A DNA stretch of 55,703 nucleotides, from assembly GCA_027622665.1 (NCBI GenBank), contig JAQBYT010000026.1, positions 1 to 55,703 of the forward strand, read 5' to 3'. The position numbers and the translations under genes are program-made. Below the pieces are notes generated by a model, which did not search any database, had not been told where the DNA came from, and saw only the letters and a list, made by a program, of their open reading frames with translations. This document shows positions 9,047-18,462 of the stretch, piece after piece. Origin of the DNA: Verrucomicrobiota bacterium (GTDB lineage Bacteria; Verrucomicrobiota; Verrucomicrobiia; Opitutales; Seribacteraceae). Each line of letters starts with the position of its first letter. Position 1 is the stretch's first letter.

Positions 9047-10021
9047 TCAAGAAAGAAGCAATTCAGAAAGGGTTTGGCTCCCAACGAACTCTCCTTCCGA
9101 AAGAGGAAAACCTGATAAAAATTCTGCTGTTGGCATCATTCGCCCGCCCGGACGTTGTAGTTCGAGTAAAGACAACGCACCTTCTGTCGTTCCAATAGCC
9201 ACTTCCCGAGGACTTGGCAAGATCACCTGCCCCGGCACTATCTCTCCGCAAGATTCAACGACCTTTACGGAACCGACCTTTACGCGAACTCCTTGGACTT
9301 CGAACCATGAACCCGGCCAACCTCGAAAAGCAGAGACTCTCCGCACAAGTACCGCGGCAGGAGAGTAAAAGTCCAGTGCTCCATCCGACTTGCGGAGCTT
9401 TCTACAATAAGTGGCCGCTTTTTCATCCTGCGGAGTTTCCGTGGCTTCGCCCGCCAAAAGGGCAGATAGGTTTCGGCGAAGAAGAGGAACGCAGGCAACC
9501 GACAACTTCTCGCGAAGCCGAGGACCATCGTCATCCGCCGCTATGGGCGTGATCTCCGTATCCACGATGGGGCCCGCGTCCATGCGCGAGACCACGCGCA
9601 TGAGGGTAGCCCCGGTCTCTTTCTCGCCTTGGGCCAAAGCCGTTTCCACAGGAGAAGCCCCGCGATAGGCAGGCAACACGGAACCATGCAGGTTGTAAGT
9701 CCCGGCGTCAGGCGCATCCAACAAGGCAGAGGAAAGAATATGACCGTATGCCATGACCATTGCCAGAACCACGCCTTCCTGTCGCAACCAAGTCACCTCC
9801 GGTTCAAGAGGTTTTGCGGGATCAAGTATTTTAACCCCGTTCTCGCCAGCCCATGCCTTGACGGGATTGGAGCGCATTTTTTTACCTCTGCCCGACGGTC
9901 GATCGGGTTGAGTGATAACTCCTACAAGTTCGCAGGACGAAGATGCCTCTCTCAAAAAAAAATCGAGGCTAGGCAAGGCTATGGCATCCGAACCATAAAA
10001 CACCACGGGGGGCTTCGGCAT
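9047..10021 (-). CDS. fmt: Methionyl-tRNA formyltransferase
   Basis: VITQPDRPSGRG, NLHGSVLPAYRGASP and MDAGP motifs. Start moved to ATG 10021 (MPKPPVVFYGS) because the longer ORF starts against a terminator. Confidence 0.95.
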   Translation of the reverse strand: MPKPPVVFYGSDAIALPSLDFFLREASSSCELVGVITQPDRPSGRGKKMRSNPVKAWAGENGVKILDPAKPLEPEVTWLRQEGVVLAMVMAYGHILSSALLDAPDAGTYNLHGSVLPAYRGASPVETALAQGEKETGATLMRVVSRMDAGPIVDTEITPIAADDDGPRLREKLSVACVPLLRRNLSALLAGEATETPQDEKAATYCRKLRKSDGALDFYSPAAVLVRRVSAFRGWPGSWFEVQGVRVKVGSVKVVESCGEIVPGQVILPSPREVAIGTTEGALSLLELQRPGGRMMPTAEFLSGFPLSEGEFVGSQTLSELLLS

Positions 10022-10085
10022 AAGTCTAATGAACTTTGAGCCCGTCTCCCATCCACGAGAGTTGGTCGCTCGTATAGTATGACAC

Positions 10086-10127
10086 AAAAAACGGGGCCGA
10101 CGTTCGAAAGTGAAACGTCGGCCCCGT
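10086..10127 (-). terminator. Rho-independent terminator downstream of der
   Basis: Perfect 14-bp stem ACGGGGCCGACGTT (10091-10104) / AACGTCGGCCCCGT (10114-10127), 9-nt loop, followed by a T-run on the minus strand. Confidence 0.85.
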
Positions 10128-10234
10128 ATTTATTAAACCCGTGAAGAGGTTTAAGAGAATTATTCGAGAATGCTCAAGGCAGTGGTGGAATGCGGCGGAT
10201 GGGATGAATAAGGCTATGGGCCGAAAGCTTCATT

Positions 10235-11629
10235 CTAGCTTCCGGAGTAACGGGCTTCTTTACCTGCAAGTGAAAATTTCAATGGGCAACCGATGAGTGA
10301 AAAATGACCTGTAATGCTCTTTTCCAAGTATCGACTGTAGGTTTCGTCCAAGCGTTCGCCTTGGTTACAGAAAAGCTTAATTCGAAAGGGACGTGAAGAG
10401 ACTTGGAGCGCGTAGAAGAGTTTGAAGCGTTTCCCCTTAACCGCTGCCGGCGGCCGTTGTTCGAACATATCTCCAAGAAGGCGGTTCAAGGGGGAAGTGG
10501 GAATCGGAACGTCCATCCGAGCGTCCATGTCGCGAGCGGCCGCAAGAAACTCCCGAATGGAATATCCGGTTAGGGCAGAAGCAAATAGCACCGGTGACTC
10601 GGGCAGAAAAAAGAGCTCTTTGCGAAGAGATTTCTCATAGGATTTTCTAAAGTGTTCTTCATCGCGATAACCGGGAAGGGGATCTCGTCTAAATCCTTCC
10701 AAAACAAGATCCCACTTATTGACAAGAACGGCAAGTCCCCTACCCGCATCCAAGATTCTTCCGGCAAGGATTTTATCCTGCCGAGTCACACCCTCTCGAG
10801 CATCCAAAACCAAAAAGACAACGTCCGCGCCCTCCATAGCTTGCTCACTGCGCAAAGAGGAAAAGTAATCGAGAGAGCAATCGACGCGCTTTCGTCTTTT
10901 CAGGCCGGCTGTATCGAAGAGACGGAAACGCCACGGTTCTTGATCGGCGGAATCTCCCTCGAAATCGAGATCCAATTCAACGGTTTCCCGAGTGGTGCCC
11001 GGAACGTCGCTGACGATCAGACGCTCTGAGTTAAGAAGACGATTGCAAAGCGAGGATTTGCCCACATTGGGACGACCGATAAAAGCAATCCGAACACGGC
11101 GAGCTTCTTTTTCGACAGGCTCATCAGCAGGTGGCGGGAGAAGTGCCTCCACCCCCTCGAGAAGATCTCCAACACCGTTCCCATGCTCAGCTGACACGGG
11201 AAAAACAGTGGAAAAGCCAAGACTGGCAAATTCATGACGGGCGTAGTCCTGTTCAGGGATGTCCATCTTGTTGACAACGAGGACAGGAGTCTTCCCCATC
11301 CGACGAAATTTCTCGGCAAGGGATTGATCCAAAGGAATAAGACCTTCGCGCCCATCGACCACGAATAGAAGAACATCGGCGGCGCGAATGGCAAAATCCG
11401 CTTGATCTTCCGTTGCTTCCTGAATCTCCACGGGTGTCATGGAGGGGGTCATCCCTATGCCGCCGGTGTCCATGACGACGTATCCTCCGGGCGCATCGGC
11501 AACGACGACGTCTCGAGTAACTCCGGGGCGATCATGTACGATTGAGATTCGCCGGCCCACGATGCGGTTGAAGAGACGGCTCTTACCCACGTTGGGGCGA
11601 CCGACAATAGCTACACTACGAGTTTGCAC
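10235..11629 (-). CDS. der: Ribosome biogenesis GTPase Der (EngA)
   Basis: Two GRPNVGKS P-loops, DTGG/DTAG, NKMD/NKWD and a KH-like C-terminus. Confidence 0.97.
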   Translation of the reverse strand: MQTRSVAIVGRPNVGKSRLFNRIVGRRISIVHDRPGVTRDVVVADAPGGYVVMDTGGIGMTPSMTPVEIQEATEDQADFAIRAADVLLFVVDGREGLIPLDQSLAEKFRRMGKTPVLVVNKMDIPEQDYARHEFASLGFSTVFPVSAEHGNGVGDLLEGVEALLPPPADEPVEKEARRVRIAFIGRPNVGKSSLCNRLLNSERLIVSDVPGTTRETVELDLDFEGDSADQEPWRFRLFDTAGLKRRKRVDCSLDYFSSLRSEQAMEGADVVFLVLDAREGVTRQDKILAGRILDAGRGLAVLVNKWDLVLEGFRRDPLPGYRDEEHFRKSYEKSLRKELFFLPESPVLFASALTGYSIREFLAAARDMDARMDVPIPTSPLNRLLGDMFEQRPPAAVKGKRFKLFYALQVSSRPFRIKLFCNQGERLDETYSRYLEKSITGHFSLIGCPLKFSLAGKEARYSGS

Positions 11630-11680
11630 AAATATAGGAAAGTTAAGGAATGGTTCGGAAAATCAGGTAGTCGCAGTTGG

Positions 11681-12877
11681 CTAAACTGCTGCGGCGGCAT
11701 CTTCGGGCACGATATCATCCCGAAAACGAGCGATGCGATCGGTCGCCTCGACAAGATTTTCATAAGAGGTAGAAAAGCTTGCTCTCACATGGTTGGCGCC
11801 ATGTTCCCCGAATGCGGTTCCCGGCACGACGGCAACCTCGGCTTCACGAAGAAGGCGATGGGCAAAGTCAGTATCGCTCAACCCTGTAGAAAGAATGGAG
11901 GGAAAAGCATAAAAGGAACCTCGAGGAGAGTGGCAGGACAGACCGATTTCGTTGAAGCGACGAACAATGAAGTCTCGACGACGATGATATTGCTCCTTCA
12001 TACGAGCAACATCGTCAGCCCCATTCACCAGAGCCTCGATAGCTGCTTCTTGGCTTAATATGGGAGCGCACATCATGCAATACTGGTGTATCTTCATCAT
12101 TGCCTCGATAAGAACTGCCGGACCACAGGCATAACCAATACGAAATCCAGTCATGGCAAAAGCCTTCGAGAAACCGTGCAACAAAAGAGTCCTCTCCTTC
12201 ATCCCGGGAAGGGAGGCAATGCCGACGTGCTCGCCCTCGTAGGTCAGCTCGCAGTAAATCTCGTCGCTAATGACAAGGAGGTTCTTGTCGATGGCGAAAC
12301 GCGCAAGACGTTCCAGTTTTTCACGATTGGCCGTACCGCCTGTGGGATTGGTCGGAAAGTTGAGTAGTAGAGCCTTGCAGCCGGGTTCCCAAGCAGCTTC
12401 GAAAGCAGCAGGGTCGAGAGCGAATCCATCTTCGGGTTTCGTGCCAACTGGAATAGCCTCGCCAAGAGCCAAGGTAACACTTGGGGCATAAGACACGTAA
12501 CATGGTTCGTGGTAGAGGACCTTGTCGCCGGGATTCAAAATCGCACGCAGAGCCACATCGATAGCTTCGGAAACTCCAACGGTGACAAGAATTTCGCTCG
12601 AAGGATCATACTCCGGACCGAAGAAATCGGCGACATACTTCGAGATTTCGCGGCGAAGCCGGAGCAGACCCCGATTGTCAGTGTAAGAGGTGCGCCCCTT
12701 CTCAAGAGCAAAGATGGCAGCTTCTCGCACATGCCAAGGGGTAACGAAATCAGGCTCTCCAATGCCAAGAGAAATGGCTTGGGGCATCTCGGATACGACG
12801 GCGAAAAAATCTCGTATACCTGAGCGAGGCAAGTCTTTCACATGCCTCGCCACGAAACTTTCATGATCTAAACTCAT
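11681..12877 (-). CDS. PLP-dependent aminotransferase class I/II (YugH/AlaT-like)
   Basis: SGIRDFF, SLGIGEPDFVTPWH and GFSKAFAMTGFRIG motifs; translationally coupled to an upstream Lrp/AsnC gene as in Bacillus yugG-yugH. Confidence 0.85.
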   Translation of the reverse strand: MSLDHESFVARHVKDLPRSGIRDFFAVVSEMPQAISLGIGEPDFVTPWHVREAAIFALEKGRTSYTDNRGLLRLRREISKYVADFFGPEYDPSSEILVTVGVSEAIDVALRAILNPGDKVLYHEPCYVSYAPSVTLALGEAIPVGTKPEDGFALDPAAFEAAWEPGCKALLLNFPTNPTGGTANREKLERLARFAIDKNLLVISDEIYCELTYEGEHVGIASLPGMKERTLLLHGFSKAFAMTGFRIGYACGPAVLIEAMMKIHQYCMMCAPILSQEAAIEALVNGADDVARMKEQYHRRRDFIVRRFNEIGLSCHSPRGSFYAFPSILSTGLSDTDFAHRLLREAEVAVVPGTAFGEHGANHVRASFSTSYENLVEATDRIARFRDDIVPEDAAAAV

Positions 12878-13359
12878 TAGGGAGAAACGGGGAGCTTGTC
12901 GACTACTTCGGTCTCGTCGACTAAGAGATGTCGCTGCTCTTTGTAGGGGCGAAGCAAAAAGTGGGTGGAGGTAGAGAGAACCCCCTCTATCGTGGCAAGT
13001 CTTTCGGAGACAAAGGCAGCGACCTTTCTAAGGTTTTTGCCGGTAACAAAAACCAGAAGATCGTATCCACCCGACATAAGATAACAGGATTCCACTTCCT
13101 CAAAACGAGCAATTCGCATGGCAAGGCGATCAAAACCGCCTTCACGCTCGGGACTGATCTTCACTTCGATCACTGCCCGAACTCGCCCGTCCTCCACTTT
13201 CTCAGGATTGAAGACGGGAAGCCAACCAAGAAGGCTCTTATCCTCCTCGAGGCGACGCAACTCTGCCTCGACCTCGGCTTTTTCTTTGCCGAGGACATTT
13301 GCAAGATGATCGGCACAAGGTTTAGCGCCTTCGAGCAAGAGGGTAAGAACATCACTCAT
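12877..13359 (-). CDS. Lrp/AsnC family transcriptional regulator (YugG-like)
   Basis: N-terminal HTH; VRAVIEVKISPEREGGFD..A.RIARFEEVESCYLMSGGYDL ligand-binding domain. Confidence 0.9.
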   Translation of the reverse strand: MSDVLTLLLEGAKPCADHLANVLGKEKAEVEAELRRLEEDKSLLGWLPVFNPEKVEDGRVRAVIEVKISPEREGGFDRLAMRIARFEEVESCYLMSGGYDLLVFVTGKNLRKVAAFVSERLATIEGVLSTSTHFLLRPYKEQRHLLVDETEVVDKLPVSP

Positions 13360-13452
13360 AGCATTCTAATCATAGATAAAAGTCTGCGATGGTAAAGGGA
13401 GAAAAGCGGTTGAATTTGCCCGTTTTTGCCATTGGAGAAAAGGGAAACGTAT

Positions 13453-14013
13453 TCAAGCAATGGATAGACCCTTTTCCAAAAATAGATTAAAGAGAGCGTT
13501 AAGAGCCAAAGAATGTGAAATTTCACCAGATCGAACACGATCCGAGATTTCAGCAATGGGTATGAGAACGGTCTCGATTTCCTCATTGGGATCGAAATCA
13601 ACTTCGGCCACTTTTTTCACATTCTCGACAAGGACGAAGTGGCAACGATTGGAAAGAATGGCCGAATTCGGGCGGCATTCCGATAAGAGTCTAGCGCTTT
13701 CCCCGGAAAATCCGGTTTCCTCTCGAAGTTCACGAAGGCCCGCGGTCACCGGATCTTCACCTTTTTCGATCACGCCGCCGGGAGTTTCAAGAGAAAGTTC
13801 TCGAGATCCGTAACGGAACTGTCGGACCATGACGATTTCCTTGGTTGGCGTAACAGCCAGCACATTAACCCAGTCGGAGGTATTGAGAACATAGAAGTCC
13901 CCTTCCCTTCCGTCCTTCGGGTGCCTAAAGTGCTGGGATCGAACCTCGAAAATTCGACATTTGGCATGCAAACGATCTTCGATCAATTCCCATTTTTTCG
14001 GAATTTCATTCAT
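13453..14013 (-). CDS. NUDIX hydrolase (ADP-ribose pyrophosphatase-like)
   Basis: Nudix box GGVIEKGEDPVTAGLRELREETG; VRQFRYG motif. Confidence 0.9.
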   Translation of the reverse strand: MNEIPKKWELIEDRLHAKCRIFEVRSQHFRHPKDGREGDFYVLNTSDWVNVLAVTPTKEIVMVRQFRYGSRELSLETPGGVIEKGEDPVTAGLRELREETGFSGESARLLSECRPNSAILSNRCHFVLVENVKKVAEVDFDPNEEIETVLIPIAEISDRVRSGEISHSLALNALFNLFLEKGLSIA

Positions 14014-14015
14014 AT

Positions 14016-14561
14016 TCAGCGTAGGTCTAATTTTTCGACGACCATGGCAGTGAGATCAGAGTGGACGGAAACTTGATGTTCCGCTGCCTTGACTCGAAGA
14101 TCGTCATCGACGGGATTTCCCGTTTCCACCAAAGCGGCAGGAATCCCGGCATTGAGACCGGCCTCGACATCGCTCCAGGAGTCACCGACGACACAACTCT
14201 TCTCAAGTGAAAGATCGAACTTTTCGATGCTCTCCAAAATGAATCGAGGAGAAGGTTTTCGATAAATTTGAGGTTGATCGGGTCTTTCCGTAGCAATGCA
14301 GACGTCGGCAAAGATATCCGGGCTCAATTTCAAGAGCTCAAGCATCCGGGAATTGCATGCGTGGACTGCTTCCATCTGAAAAAACCCTCGTCCCACACCT
14401 GACTGGTTTGTGAAAAGAAAAAGCAGGTAGCCAGCCTCCTGCAAAGCGCGCAAGGTTTCAGCTATTCCCTGAAGAGGAAGGACCTCCTCGGGATCGTGAA
14501 GAAAGTCGACATGCGAGATCAGGGTACCGTCTCGGTCGAGAAAAATTCCGGCAAGGCTCAT
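14016..14561 (-). CDS. gmhB: D-glycero-D-manno-heptose 1,7-bisphosphate phosphatase (HAD IIIA)
   Basis: FLDRDGTL, TNQSGVGRG, RKPSP and GDSWSD motifs; adjacent to the heptose kinase. Confidence 0.8.
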   Translation of the reverse strand: MSLAGIFLDRDGTLISHVDFLHDPEEVLPLQGIAETLRALQEAGYLLFLFTNQSGVGRGFFQMEAVHACNSRMLELLKLSPDIFADVCIATERPDQPQIYRKPSPRFILESIEKFDLSLEKSCVVGDSWSDVEAGLNAGIPAALVETGNPVDDDLRVKAAEHQVSVHSDLTAMVVEKLDLR

Positions 14562-15511
14562 TGGGCTGCATGGAGAATCTCCTCGGGAGAAGCCGTAGCC
14601 GTTCCCACTTTGGCCACCACAACACCAGCAGCCAAATTAGCGAACACCGAGGCTTCTTCAAAAGTGGACCGAGCGGCAAGAGCCAACGTCATGGCGGCGA
14701 TCACGGTGTCGCCGGCTCCCGAAACATCGAAAACTTCGCGAGCTGCAGTAGGGATACGCTGAATAACTTTTCCATTTTCGATCAGCAACATACCATCAGC
14801 GCCCAATGTCACGGCGACTCTATGTGGTCGATGAGAATCATGGATAGCGGCGGCTATGGCTTCAGTGGGAAACTCGTCAAAGTCCCCTCTTTCCAGACCT
14901 GCAAGCTGCAAAGACTCGGCCTTGTTCGGAGTCATCAGGTCAGGGGAATCATAGTTGAGGGATCGACGAGGTTTGGGGTCGACGGCAAGAAACTTGGCTT
15001 CGCTTCGCAATAAGGTGAGCAACTCGTCGTTTACGAAACCCTTGGCATAGTCGGATACGATAACGGCATCGGCGTTCCGAGCCTTTTCAGCAAGCAATTC
15101 AGAAAACGCATCGAGATTTGGCGCATAAGCCTGATAAGATTCCTCGCGATCCACCCGACAGATTTGCTGGTTGCCTGCCATTACGCGTGTTTTGCAAATG
15201 GTCGGCGCTTGAGAAGAAGTAAAAGCGGGGTCACAGGCTATTCCTCTTTCGGCAAGGAGAGCAAGGAGACGCTCACCCGCTTCGTCCCGACCGAAAACTC
15301 CGCCAAGATCCACGAAAGCCCCGAGGGCCGCAGCATTGAGGCCAACGTTCGCCGCTCCACCTGCCACGGAATCTTCACCGTCCACATGTAAGACAGGGAC
15401 GGGAGCCTCGGGAGAAATGCGAGAAACTTTGCCACGAACGTACCGGTCAAGCATGACATCTCCGATTACGAGAATACGAAGGCTCTTGATTCGTTCAAGA
15501 AGTTCGTTCAT
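14558..15511 (-). CDS. rfaE1: D-glycero-beta-D-manno-heptose-7-phosphate kinase (stand-alone HldE kinase domain)
   Basis: GDVMLDRY.G.V.RISPEAPVPV, SDYAKG and DVSGAGDTV motifs; no adenylyltransferase domain. Confidence 0.9.
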   Translation of the reverse strand: MNELLERIKSLRILVIGDVMLDRYVRGKVSRISPEAPVPVLHVDGEDSVAGGAANVGLNAAALGAFVDLGGVFGRDEAGERLLALLAERGIACDPAFTSSQAPTICKTRVMAGNQQICRVDREESYQAYAPNLDAFSELLAEKARNADAVIVSDYAKGFVNDELLTLLRSEAKFLAVDPKPRRSLNYDSPDLMTPNKAESLQLAGLERGDFDEFPTEAIAAAIHDSHRPHRVAVTLGADGMLLIENGKVIQRIPTAAREVFDVSGAGDTVIAAMTLALAARSTFEEASVFANLAAGVVVAKVGTATASPEEILHAAQ

Positions 15512-15514
15512 CGA

Positions 15515-16078
15515 ATGAATTCAGTGAAAGGAAATGGAAAGATAGTTGGATTCGCCATTGCGATCGTTATTACTATGCTAGCGATTGGCTGTCGAGAGGA
15601 AGGAGAATCTGTTCACCCTGAAGGATTGGGCTTCGACTCTTGGTTCCCGCTTCACCTCGGCGAAACAGTTCTGCAGGTCCAACTGGCCGTCACACCGGAA
15701 GAAAAGGCGAAGGGTCTCATGTTTCGCGAGGAGCTAGCCGAAGATCATGGCATGCTCTTTGCGTTCCAAAATCCGGGACCGCAAAAGTTTTGGATGAGAA
15801 ACACACGAATACCTTTGGACATAGGTTACTTCTCACCCGAAGGTGTGTTGAGAGAAATTCATGCCGCCCAACCTTTCGATGAAAGCGGTTGCCCTTCTCG
15901 CAGCAACAACATCAAAATAGTCCTCGAGTTGAACCAAGGGGCCTTTCGAGCCGCCAAACAGTCTCCGGGAGCTAAACTGAACTTGAATGATATTGCAGTA
16001 GCTCTCGAAAAGAGAGGGTTTTCGTCACAGCAGTTTGGAATAAAGACATCTCACACCGCATCCGAAGCATCCGAGTAG
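15515..16078 (+). CDS. DUF192 family protein, probable lipoprotein
   Basis: GLMFREEL..DHGMLF, FWMRNTRIPLDIGY and VLELNQG motifs; hydrophobic stretch ending in the lipobox-like LAIGC. Confidence 0.85.
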   Translation: MNSVKGNGKIVGFAIAIVITMLAIGCREEGESVHPEGLGFDSWFPLHLGETVLQVQLAVTPEEKAKGLMFREELAEDHGMLFAFQNPGPQKFWMRNTRIPLDIGYFSPEGVLREIHAAQPFDESGCPSRSNNIKIVLELNQGAFRAAKQSPGAKLNLNDIAVALEKRGFSSQQFGIKTSHTASEASE

Positions 16079-17085
16079 CCTCCAGGATTAAGAGATTGCC
16101 AGTTCCACGCATCGGTTAGCATTTCTCGAATGTCGCGCTTAGCTTCCCAACCCAGAAACTTTTTTGCAAAAGTGGGATCGGCCCACGCTTCGGTAACGTC
16201 CCCTAATCGGCGACCTTCGATCTCGTGAGGTATCCGAATTCCGTTCGCTTGCTCAAACGCATTCAAGACCTCGAGAACGGTTGATCCTTTTCCGGTGCCT
16301 AGGTTACAAACAAAAAGACCGGGGGCCGTAGACAGTTTTTCAAGAGCATGAAGATGAGCTTCGGCAAGATCCAAGACATGAAGGTAGTCGCGAATCGGAG
16401 TACCGTCCCGAGTCGGATAATCATTCCCGAAAATCCGAAGTTTTTCTAAACGGCCTGATGCCACTTGGCAGACGTAAGGCACCAAATTATCAGGAATTCC
16501 CGCAGGATCTTCTCCAATTCTCCCGCTCGGATGAGCTCCGACAGGATTGAAATAACGCAAAATGGCAACGTTCCATCGCTTATTGGCCGCACAATGATCC
16601 CGAAGAATTTCCTCCATCATGTATTTTGTGCGACCATAAGGACTGGACACTCCGCCGATAGGATGGGTCTCGGCCAGAGGAATCTCTTGAGGCTCTCCAT
16701 AGACCGTGCATGAAGAGCTGAATACCAGATTATGAACGCCAGCCGCCTCCATCGCCTCAAAAAGCGCAATCGAGCCAGCGACGTTGTTGCGGTAATAAGG
16801 AAGCGGCTTCTCGGTAGACTCGCCCACAGCTTTGTAGGCAGCAAAATGCAAAACGGCTTCGATCTCGGAATGCTCTTCGAATATTTTGTTCAAGGTTGCG
16901 GGATCGCCCGCATCACCTTCCAGCGCGACAGGATGCCTCTGCGCCAACTCCCCCACCCTTTTGAGGGAAACGGGAGAAGAATTGGAATAATTATCCAAGG
17001 TTACCACTTCATGTCCGGCTTGGAGCAAAACCAAAGTGGCATGACTGCCGATGTACCCTGCTCCTCCCGTTACCAAGACTTTCAT
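16051..17085 (-). CDS. galE: UDP-glucose 4-epimerase
   Basis: TGGAGYIGSH, HFAAYKAVGES, YGRTK and LRYFNPVGAHPSG motifs. Confidence 0.95.
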   Translation of the reverse strand: MKVLVTGGAGYIGSHATLVLLQAGHEVVTLDNYSNSSPVSLKRVGELAQRHPVALEGDAGDPATLNKIFEEHSEIEAVLHFAAYKAVGESTEKPLPYYRNNVAGSIALFEAMEAAGVHNLVFSSSCTVYGEPQEIPLAETHPIGGVSSPYGRTKYMMEEILRDHCAANKRWNVAILRYFNPVGAHPSGRIGEDPAGIPDNLVPYVCQVASGRLEKLRIFGNDYPTRDGTPIRDYLHVLDLAEAHLHALEKLSTAPGLFVCNLGTGKGSTVLEVLNAFEQANGIRIPHEIEGRRLGDVTEAWADPTFAKKFLGWEAKRDIREMLTDAWNWQSLNPGGYSDASDAV

Positions 17086-17086
17086 T

Positions 17087-18415
17087 TCAACGACTGCCCC
17101 GGGCCAACGACCTGAGGGTCGACAGGATAATCTGTAAATCCAACAACAGAGAGGCGTTCTTTATGTAATAGAGATCGTGGGCAAGTTTTTCCCTAGAGGC
17201 ATTGGAATCGGCAGCGTAGCGGAAACGAATCTGGGCCCAACCCGTAAGCCCCGGCTTGACAAGGTGACGACTTGACCAGAAGGGAATTTCCACGGCCAGT
17301 TTCTCCTCGAGCTCAGGGCGTTCAGGACGTGGACCTACGATTGACATCTCCCCACGCAAGACATTCCAGAATTGAGGAATCTCGTCTATGCGCCACTTAC
17401 GCAGGAAGCGACCGACGCCAGTGACCCGAACATCTTTTTTCGCAGCCCATTGAGCTCCATCTTCTTCGGCATCCGTTCGCATGGTTCGAAGCTTATACAA
17501 AACATAATCGCTTCCTAAATATCCAGTACGCCGTTGAGAAAAGAAAATTGACCCACGCGAGTCGATTAAAATTAGAACTGATGCAATTGCCAAAATAGGG
17601 ATTGAAACAACGAGCCCTATAATTGCCACCAGTATGTCCAGCAACCTCTTCGCTCGATGAAAAAGAGGATGACGAAGCCTCAGGTCGAGTCGAGCCAGCC
17701 AAGCCTCGTCAACGTATTGTGGGGGAATACGCGCAAACGTTCGTTCCCAGAAATCCACGATGTCGGAAACGCGCGTACCCCCAGCCAACAAGGCAACGAC
17801 ATCAAGCAAGCCTGTGTGTTCGGTATCGCGTTGGGTAACCACTTCGTGGATGCCGAGCTCCTCGCAATATCCAACTAGTCCCTCAGCAGAGTCCGGTACG
17901 TCTTCCTTGAATCCTTCCAACTGCAATTGCTCTCCACTATCCTTGAGAGCCGTAGCAAGTTCCTTCGAAGTCTCCTCGGTAAGCAAAGCCAATACCTTGG
18001 GACGAGACCGTGATGCCATGATCTCGATAGCCAATCTCATGATCATAACGCCAGCCACCGAACAGCCGACAATTTTCGCCAAAGCAAACCGCCCAACGAA
18101 TCGATACTCAATGGCCCAAACCATCAGCAATAACCCAAGACAAGCACCCACTGCGGCAAGCGTGCACACCGCAACCCGAAATCGCCACGAACGAGAGGAG
18201 CGTTTCTCATGCACGCCCAAGACCTCTCCCGCAACCCAGAAGGCGAAACCGTAAAAAACGGCGTACATAACGAGGCGCTCGGTCGGAACCGACCTCAAGG
18301 TCTCGCTAGTCGGCGACAAGTAAAGAGGCACGAGGGCCGCGGCACAGGAGGCCGTAGCCAAGTCCAGCAAGGTCCAAGCTCCTTTACCCAGGTTCCAGTC
18401 CGATTTACGAGACAT
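17087..18415 (-). CDS. Polyprenyl glycosylphosphotransferase (WcaJ/WbaP-like initiating transferase)
   Basis: Four N-terminal TMs; KRLLD, KLRTM, RIDEIPQFWNVLRGEMSIVGPRPE and KPGLTGWAQ motifs. Confidence 0.9.
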   Translation of the reverse strand: MSRKSDWNLGKGAWTLLDLATASCAAALVPLYLSPTSETLRSVPTERLVMYAVFYGFAFWVAGEVLGVHEKRSSRSWRFRVAVCTLAAVGACLGLLLMVWAIEYRFVGRFALAKIVGCSVAGVMIMRLAIEIMASRSRPKVLALLTEETSKELATALKDSGEQLQLEGFKEDVPDSAEGLVGYCEELGIHEVVTQRDTEHTGLLDVVALLAGGTRVSDIVDFWERTFARIPPQYVDEAWLARLDLRLRHPLFHRAKRLLDILVAIIGLVVSIPILAIASVLILIDSRGSIFFSQRRTGYLGSDYVLYKLRTMRTDAEEDGAQWAAKKDVRVTGVGRFLRKWRIDEIPQFWNVLRGEMSIVGPRPERPELEEKLAVEIPFWSSRHLVKPGLTGWAQIRFRYAADSNASREKLAHDLYYIKNASLLLDLQIILSTLRSLARGSR

Positions 18416-18462
18416 AAGAAAAACTCTAAAGCAATAACAGGTTTAGGAACAATTCGAAACAA

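Noticed and set aside
10150..10234. Short minus-strand frames between der and its terminator (MKLSAHSLIHPIRRIPPLP*; another ending TTALSILE*, reminiscent of a flagellin C-terminus)
   Set aside because: Too short to support; no ribosome-binding site or further homology is visible.
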